Part shown: positions 10,708 through 19,700 of the stretch, piece by piece | Layout: every line of letters begins with the position of its first letter | Position numbering within the stretch: position 1 is the stretch's first letter | Assembly (NCBI GenBank): GCA_045545475.1 | Contig: JAZQAZ010000025.1 | Coordinates: 1 to 25,102 of the forward strand | DNA length: 25,102 nucleotides | DNA from: Clostridia bacterium | Lineage (GTDB): Bacteria > Bacillota > Clostridia > CAKSNL01 > HGM11501 | Reading direction: 5' to 3' | Made by a program: the position numbers and the translations under genes | The notes under the pieces: model-generated | Database searches by the model: none | What the model saw: the letters and a program-made list of their open reading frames with translations, nothing else | Told to the model about the DNA's origin: nothing

Positions 10708-10725
10708 GTACCACGTTTGTACCAC
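10708..10725. promoter_or_regulatory. Putative integrase arm-type binding sites
   Basis: GTACCAC direct repeat at 10708 and 10719 (11-bp spacing), about 65 bp inside the att core. Confidence 0.5.
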
Positions 10726-10772
10726 ACCATGTAGTCTAAATGCATTTAAAAACATTATGTTTCATGAGGCCG

Positions 10773-13700
10773 TCACTTAAGTCCGCCGCCGGGACCGAGT
10801 CCACCTCCGGAGCCAAGACCTCCGCCGGAGCCTAAGCCGCCTCCGGAGCCGAGTCCGCCTCCGGAACCCAAGCCACCGCCGGATCCAAGCGTTTTCTTAG
10901 TTGTGCTTTTCGTGCTGCTCTTTTTCGTACTTCCACTCCTCGATGAACCGCCCGTAGAACCCACGCGAATGCTGCCTCCATGCCAGGGAGTATCCTTAAG
11001 CGTACTTTCGGCATAATTGCCTACGTTCAGATAAAGATAATCCTTTGCCTCCTCGGAAAATTCAAGAGAATCAATATAATCACAGACCTTCTTTTTCTTG
11101 CTGTTGGTGATTGTTTTTCCAGAAGAATCCTTGTCGGATTCAAATTCATAAATATCCCCGGACGCATCATAAAACTCCTGGCAAGTAAGTCCCGCATCAA
11201 CTGCACCCGCATATTCTGCCGCCTTCTTCTCTTTGCTTTCGGATCCGCTCCACAGCTTTTCAACCGTCGCAATTTTATCTTCTTCCGAAATACCCGACTG
11301 CATAAAGGTTCCCTCGTCAAACTTGCCGAATGCCGAGAATACTTCCGCCATCTCTGAAGGCTCCAGATCATATCCGAGAACTCTATCGGTAAACGCCGCC
11401 CTCTTTTCAGCATTTCTCTCATCGGCTTCCTCGTCAGTCTCCTCGACGTCCTCCGGCTTCTTATATCCCTCGTTTACCGCCTTTTCCGCCGCCGAAATTT
11501 CTAAAAACTCATCAAAGCTCATACCCGCCGAAAGTGCCGCCTCAATCTCATCCTCATGGGAATCCGATATAAGCTCACGATACATCGTACGCTTCGCCTC
11601 TTCCGAATCAAGCCCCTGAATGTAGTCAACCTTCGCAAAATCTTCCGCAAGCCCGGCAAGCTCTTCATCTCTCGAAATGTCCTTAAATCCGGCTACAACC
11701 TCATAAGCGTCCTCTTCCTTCATTCCCTGCTCTACAAGCATACGGTAAGTCGCTGTCTCATTGGCTGATAAATATCCCGCCTCAGATGCATAATAGTCGT
11801 CCGTCTCAGAGAGTGCCGACGGGCCAAACGCAAGCGCCTTCGCCCACTTAAGCGGATTCTTGTTGTCCACGGGATAATAAAGCTTTTCTTTGTCGCCCTC
11901 GCCCGAATACTTTCCGCCATCCGCCATAAGCTTCGCACCCTTTACGGTCTTCATAATCTGATTGCCGCCAGGAACAAACTCTGCAGCAGCACTTCCCGCA
12001 TCAATGAAAAATTCATCCGAGCCAAATCCCTTGCTTTTGCCGGTCTCATACGCCTTTTTTATTTTGGAAATGTCCGGAATCGGGAGCGACCTGTTACCAA
12101 AACCAAAAATCGCCGCAATGGATGATACCATGGGAATATCGTTTGCAAGTTCATATCCCACCTCGGAAAATCCCTTCGTCGCGTTAAATTCTCCGTCACG
12201 GTCAGAAACCTCCATATCCTCCGAAAGGAAAATGTTAAGTAAGTCCTTGCCTCGGTTCTTAAGAAACTCATTAACGGTTTCATCGTTACCGTTAGCAAAA
12301 TATCCTGCCGCCATACCAAGCACGTCAAAAGCTGCAGGTGTTCCGCCCGAAACCGTCTCGGTAAGCCTGTTAAGGATAAATGCAGAAATAAGATAGTTTA
12401 CAATATAGCCGATAAGCTTGCCCTTGTCTTCTTCAGGCCAGTCATAAACGAAATGCTCAAAGGTGTTAAGTGCTTCCGTCTGGAAAAAATGTATGCACTG
12501 ATTGACAAACGCCTTGTTTTCAAAAACAATAGGCCTTGCCCCCTTCATACGGGACGCCATAATGTCAATCGCTTTCTCGTCTGCAGCTTTCACCGCATCC
12601 TCGTGGCTCATTCCGTCTGATATAGCTTTGTTGTAAGCCACCCTGAATGCAAGGCTACTCATCATCCTGTCCATCATTTCAATGGGCTTAAAGCTTGCAT
12701 CAAGCACCTTTCCCGCCTTTGTCTGCTTAAGGAAATCTATGCCCTGTTTCTCCGTAAGTAAATCCGATTCCGTTTCAAGCTTGGTGCGAAGCTCGGGATT
12801 TGTAATAATGTCCCAAAGTGCCCTTGCCGTGTTCGCCTGCCCGTACTCCGCCATAATGATAGGAAGCTGGGACGTCTGATTAATCACTGTACTTAAATTT
12901 CCCGCCAGCTTACTCTTTGCAAACGTTCCGAGTATTTTGCTCGACCACTTAAGCGTCGCTCTGCCCGTCTCCGATTCCTGATTTCTCGCACCAAACGCCT
13001 GCTTTCCTGCAAGAATATTCGTATAATCGTCAAGCCAGGTAACAAAATTTCCAAGCTTTCCGTTTTCCTTGAAAGCCTCCATGTGCTTTTCAATAAGCCT
13101 TGAAATCTCCTCGTTGGCCATTTCATTGGTAATAACCGCGTCCTGTGTCACGCTGGATGCCGAATTTGCCGCAAGGTATGCCTTCTTACTTTCAAGCGGA
13201 GCATAATACAAATCGTAAAGCTTCGATATCTCCGTTTTGTTAATCTCCGGCGAATACATTTCACGAAGATAGTTGGAAAACGCTCTCACTCTCATTATGT
13301 CGTCCATATGGTAGAAAATATCCGCCATATGCATAACATAGCTTTCATAACCTTCCACTGCGTCATACTTCGTCTTGTTCGTCGTTCTCGTCTGGAAGAA
13401 AGGATTCCAACGCTTGTTTGGCTTATAGTCCTTCGTTCTTCCCGCAATGGATGTAGGAAGCTTGGAAACCCCGTCGGTAAATCCCATCCTTTTAAGCACC
13501 GAATCCAATAAATTAACCTGGTCCTCCTGCATATGGGGTGCATAACCCCTTATAAATCCGATGGGGTCCTCACCGTGTGCCACCAAAAATTCATTTATGG
13601 CATCATAGAAAAGGCTGTACTGCTTTTCGAATACCGGCACCGCATTTTTAACTCTTGTTAAATCAATGTGGCCGTTGTTGTTAAATTCCTCACTTGCAAT

Positions 13701-16700
13701 AAGGTGGTCGGCATATCTGCTCGCCAGGGCATAGTCTCCTTCGTCAAAGCCGTATTTTTTAAGGTCGGCTTCGTCTTTGCTCTTGGCAAATTCCGCTCCC
13801 GCCTTTTTAATAATGTCGGAAACACGGCTCTTTGCAAGGTCCGCAAATATCCCCTTGCCCTCAATTTCAAGCTGAACAGCTGCACTCTCCCACTTGTTCA
13901 GCGGTTTAGACTTTCCGTTTTCTCCCTCAAAGGACGAAACCGCAGAAAGTGCCTTGTTTATAAAGCGTATTCTCTCAGCACCATTCGATATTACGGGACG
14001 GAATATCTCTTCGTAAATCCTGCTTCCCGCCTCTCCGAAAATGCTTCGCACGTTTCTCTTCGCCGTTTTGTGCCTGATAACCGGCGCCGAAAGGTCCATC
14101 TTCTTTGCCTCGTCGGGGTTTGCTCCCTCCATAACCTGCTGAAGCTGTCGGCGTAAATCAAATTTAATGTCCCACTTCTTCTGTGTCCCTATCTTTGCCG
14201 CCTTAAAACCGTCCTGTGCTTTATACATTTCTGCAAGGTCCAAAATCAGGTCTCGGCGAAGACTCTCGGGAATATACTTCGCATCAATCTCACCACGGTT
14301 AACAAGCTTTGCAAACTTAATCTCATCGGGAGAAAGAACCCTCTCAACCTCTCTTATGGCTTTCTGGGCTTCTCTCGTTCCCTGCTTCTGCTCTATTGCC
14401 TGCTCCGTATGACCGTAAAGCCCCACACTTCCCGTTATGCCCGTAACGCCTGCAGCTTTAAGCTTCTCTGTTCCCTTCAGCGCATCAAAGTCCGCTTTGC
14501 TCTTGGTCTTAAGCATCTCACGGTGCTCCGCTGTCATTTCCGCCGTCACTTCATCAATGCTCTTAGCTTCGCCGTCTAATGGCTCCCCTGTGTAAGGGGA
14601 GCTGTCAGGCTCAGCCTGACTGAGGGGTTGTTTTTCTCCTTCCGAAGAATCTCCGAAAAAGCCTTCTGCAATTCCCTCTTGCTTTCTGTACCTTTCAAGT
14701 GTCTTTTCCGCAGATGTAACAGCTCTTTCAGAAACCGTCTCACCATTCTCGGGAATGTTCCACGCAATTTCTTCAGGTCCTTTCGCCAATTCAAGCTCTT
14801 CCGCCTTCTTTGCTTCAAGCTCTGCGCTGTATCCTTCAGGATCATCATATGCTCTCTGCCATATTGACTTAATTTCAGAAATTTCCTCTGCATTATACCC
14901 AAATGCACCGGGAACAAGCCTGTTAATTCCTCTAACAATTTCACCGCATACATCGTGGGCGTTTTCAGAGCATATAATTGCATACTCGGCATCAAGCAAT
15001 AATCCGTCCTTGTTAATGTCTTCAACCTGCCACCCTGCAGCATCGATGCTCTCCGCTACTTCTTCGGAAGTATAGCCGCTTGAATCCTCCACAAGTCCCA
15101 TAAGGAATAAAGCTTCGTCATAGGGTGCAGCATAGTCAAGGTTTCCTTCCTCTGCAATGGTGCGCTCTCCTTCAACAACATCACGAAGCATATTAAAAAG
15201 TGAAGGATCCTTTTTGTATATCTCTCGAAGTTTCTCCGCATCAGTAAGCTCTCCGTTATAGGTGAGGTCGTTAAAAAGCTTCTGAGCCTGCTCCATCGTC
15301 GCACCGCTCTTTCTCGCAATGGAATAACTTCCGCCATCCTGCATAGAATAGGTATTGACAACATTACGGCTTTGATGTATAATGGTGTCAAACCCTAAGT
15401 TGTCTAATCGGGTAAGCAATTGGAGCTTACTATCAGCATTCAACTTTAGGGTTTCATTTTTTTCGTCTAAAACCTTTTCAATTCTCGCCTTGTTTACATA
15501 TAAAACAGCATCTGAATCTATAATCTCCGAAAGATGGGATGCAAAATTCTTTTTGCCATACATAGATGTTGCATAATTGCTTTTATCTGTCTTTTGTACA
15601 TTAAATTCTACATCAAGATATTTGCTTCCTTTTTCACTGTATTTAATTGACACAATTATTGGTTCGCCTATGTCATTCTTGAAATTTGTGAGAATACATA
15701 CAGAATTATCTTTGTTGTCAACAGAAATAGAGTCATAAATCATTACAGGACTTTTCAGCATAGAAGGCAATTGCTTAACTATATCTTTATCTATTCCATG
15801 AAGATGAATATCCCCTTCTTCTCTATCTGCGGTAATAGTTCTTAAGTGTCCCTGATTTATCAGCATTGGCAAATCGGCAGGCAAACCTGCTTTTATAAGT
15901 AAATTCGGAGTTCGGCCAACATATACACTATAACCTGATTTTATAAATTCAGGCTTTTCCGAAAGAGCATCTTCAACCTGCTTGTTAAAAGGGAACTCCA
16001 CACTATAGCTAACTTCCCCCGTGCTTTCCCTCTCCTCACTTTCTCTTAGTGCCTGGGAAAGCAGTCTTCTCGCCTGCAGAACTGTCGCCTTCTCGTCGTT
16101 GCCTGTCAGCTTCGCCGAATAATGGGATAAAAAGTCAAAGAATCTGCCCGCCATACTCTGACGATTTTTAACAAGATACTCCACACTTTCAGCATCATTA
16201 AATAAAAGCTTTGCCGCCATCTGTGCCGTAAATTCTCTGTCAAGGTTATATTCAACGCCTGCACCGTCATATACTTGCTCTATCTCAGCCTTTTCCGCTT
16301 TAACATTAATGTCCTCTGTGTTTTCCGCAAGGTCTTTTACAAATTTCACAAATTCTGTATAGCTTTCTGTCCCTTCAATGCTGTGTATAAACTCTTCCGC
16401 CAAAACCTGGTTGCTGATATAGGTTCCGTTGTTCGGATTAACGTATATAACGCCGTCCTTCGCTCTGCCCTGAAGAGTATAAGCATTTCCATCCTCACCG
16501 ATGAAATCATTGTTGCCGCCTAAAAATATAACCTCTCTGCCCGTGGCTCTGCTCATTCGCTCCGCCTCGGCAATCTGTACCTCATTTGCTCCAACAGCTT
16601 CTCCGCTCTGACGGACACGAAGGCTCACGCCTCTGTATCGCTCTCCCTCTTCGGGTGTAATATAGCCCTCCTGAAGCATGGAATTATATAAGTTTCCCAC

Positions 16701-19700
16701 TTCCATAGGCTTTACGCTGTTGTTGTTTCGGTTATGTACAGAATATTCTCCGCCATCCTGCATATACTGGGTATTGACAGCATCACCTTTTGGTGCTATA
16801 CTGTTGCTATGAAGAGACGATTTTCCATTTTGGGCCTTTGAGCCGTTCACGGGGTTTCCCGGGAAAGTTGTCTCTTCTATTTTGTTTAAATTATACGCCA
16901 CCTTTTTCCCGTCGGTTATTCCAACACTAAGCATCATACGATAATATTTGCCGTCCAAATCTCGGAAATAAGCAGTACGATAATTCCATCCATCCTTGCC
17001 GAATCCGTCACTATGCTCCTTTTTAGCCTCACTAAATCCTCTTTTTCCCGGTTTCAGTTTCGATGTCTGCACAATTTCATCAATTACTCCTGCGGCATTC
17101 CCTTTAACAAGATATATATCATTTCCAAGCTTTCCCTGATCTCCCATTTTCCACGCTGTACGTCCTGTGATATAAATTGATTCCCCGTTATCAAGCTCAA
17201 TTTTCACATCCTCGCCATTGCGAACCTTGTTATTGATATAATTCATTATTTCGTACTGTCTGGTGTTTTTATCCTCACTATGTATTACCTGCTCCGTTGC
17301 CTGAACATATTTTCTTCCGTCAGGAAGTGTTTCAATAGAGAAAGCTCCCGCTCCTTCTTCCGAAGGGGCTTTTTCATTGTCTCGGAACTTTTCTGCAGCC
17401 TCAACCGCATTTTCATATGTTCTGCTTCCAAGAGGTGCCGTAAGCCCCTTGTCAATAAGTTCCTTTGTGTTTCCTCGGTAATTAATATCGTCGCCGGCAC
17501 TTTTATTCTTAAAGCCCTGATATACACTAACCATTCCTCCGCCAATACCACCGGAGAAAACTCCCGCAAAAGCTTCGCTTGCAATCGAAGTGGCTAAATC
17601 AGCTCCTGCCTTTCTCCTTGCCTCTTCCTCTGTCATTCCCTGTGCCATATATTCACGGACGGAAATGTTATACTGGCTCTTGTCAGCCATAACAAATGCA
17701 TCCGCCAGCGCATTGGAAATTGAAGTAAGTGCTTCCTCTGTTCCTTCCGTTGCTCCCTGCCTTAAAATGTTTTGGAAAATGCTTCTTGCCGCTTTTATAT
17801 CCTTCGCCTTCAAAAGTTCATCAATTCCGATTTTCTCAAAAACATACTCTGCTCCGCCTGCAAGGATGGAATAGGTTATAATTTGCCCGGTGCTTCCGCC
17901 TCGTTCTGTCGCATCAAGTGCCGCATCACTTGCCGCCGACATTGAAAGGAAAATGGGTGCATAAGCTCCGTAAACCGCCACCGTCGCATAACTTTCGGCA
18001 AAGCTCATTCCCGCATTGTATAGCCATACTGCAGCCTTGTTTAGCGGTTCATACTTAAAAGTTTCACCAATTCTGTCCGTTACACCTTCAGAGTTGGCTC
18101 TTAAAACATATGATGTTCTAAAGTCCTCCGGCTCCATCTCATCCCCGGTCACAATACTTGATGCCGCCGCATCAATAAAATCAACACCCTTTGCAATCGC
18201 TGTAAAAGGTGATGTTGCCACTCTTCCCACAGTAGATATAACAGGATGCTCTTCGCCGAATTCTTTTGCATACTCTGCTTTTTTTCTCGTTTGTCGTTTC
18301 TTTAGTATTTCTGACAACTCTTCAAAATATTCACTTGCCGCCTGCTCACCTTTCGTAAAATGATAATAATTGAAAAGTTCCTTTTCTTCCTCCGTCATAT
18401 ATTTTAAGAAAGAAAATTCTTGTTCATCTATAAAATCGCCTATATCATATTCACTAAACCCATAAAGCTTAGTCTCACCGGCGTCTCTATCCAACAACGT
18501 TCCGCTTTCCGAATCGTAAATGTACCCATCAAGATATCCGTTAACTCCAAGGTACATAAGAGATGCCCCATTTTCCACATTTGGCTCATACTTTGTCTTC
18601 CGGTTTATTAAAACCTGCCCTGCAGCATCTTTCCTTGCTTCCTCCAAAGGTTTTGTCACAAGGTCGGCATACTCCTTGTCATCAATTTCTGTCTTTAGAG
18701 CCTCCTTTTCTTCCATCAAGCGTGAACGTTCCCTCTGTAAAAGCTTTTTATAGCTTCCTTTGGGGGCATATCCGTTCATTTCCTTCCAGGCAATATCTGC
18801 AAGTTCTATCTGCAAATTAGTATAGTGGTGCTGCCGTAAAAAACCGCGGTTTATGTGTTCTCCCTGTTCCTCAAATCCTTCAGGATCGGCTGTTTGCATC
18901 GCTTCAAGTATCAATTCAAGATCTTTTTCAGGATTACCTTTTGCGCTTGTTACAAACTCTAAATCGCTCTCGTTATGTTCCTTCCATCTTGAATAAACGT
19001 CCTTTGCTGCATCGACACTTCTTGTTTCATTTGCCTTATCACGAAGCCAGCTCATCTCTTCCTGTAGCTCCGCCTGTGCTTCGGGTGAAAGAGAATACAC
19101 TTCCCCCGTCTGATAAAGTGCTTCAAGCTCATAAACAGCCGTTACATAATCAGCGTGGGAGGAAATATCTTTATACTTCTCAGAAAATCTTTTATCGTAA
19201 GCTTCCTTTGCCTTATTTAAAAGCCATTCTTTTTCCTTTTCATTTCCGGCAGTTTCAGCCGCAACAGAAAACTCCTCAGGCTCACTTAGATTATAATACT
19301 TCATACCGAACTCAGCATCACTCTTTGCCGCCTTATATTCGCCGATATAGTCTTTTCCGTCACGATTACTCCAAAAATCAAGTTCATTAAGAAGACCTTC
19401 TTCAATATTATCGGAATAGGTTTTCTTCCCGGTAAGAGAATAAAATATATTTTCAGCCTCTCCCTCATTTAGCCACATATCATTGTTCTTAAGGTATATT
19501 GCAAGTGCGCCTTCGCCACCCTGAAGGTATGTGGTTTCCGCTCTGTCTCTTACAAGCTCGGCCATTCTCCTTCCAATGCCTTCATTTTTTCTTCCGGCAG
19601 TTTCATAAAGCACCTTAGTGTTGTCATCATACATCTTTTCCGCCTGATCATATGTAAGATGTCCCCTCGCCGTATTGTCCACAAGAAAACCGATAAGCCC

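Noticed and set aside
9809-10780. Short ORFs over the tRNA-linked repeats
   Set aside because: They are translations of non-coding repeats and the att site, with no convincing RBS or protein motifs.
12502-12530. A third antisense promoter cassette (TTGACA at 12502)
   Set aside because: Poor -10 box (AACAAT), no flanking 39-bp repeat and no evident downstream hairpin/U-tract.
15382-15576. 64-aa plus-strand ORF as a protein antitoxin
   Set aside because: Its ATG overlaps the -10 box, upstream of the predicted TSS; it has no RBS; the hairpin/U-tract interrupts it; and the second cassette has no equivalent.
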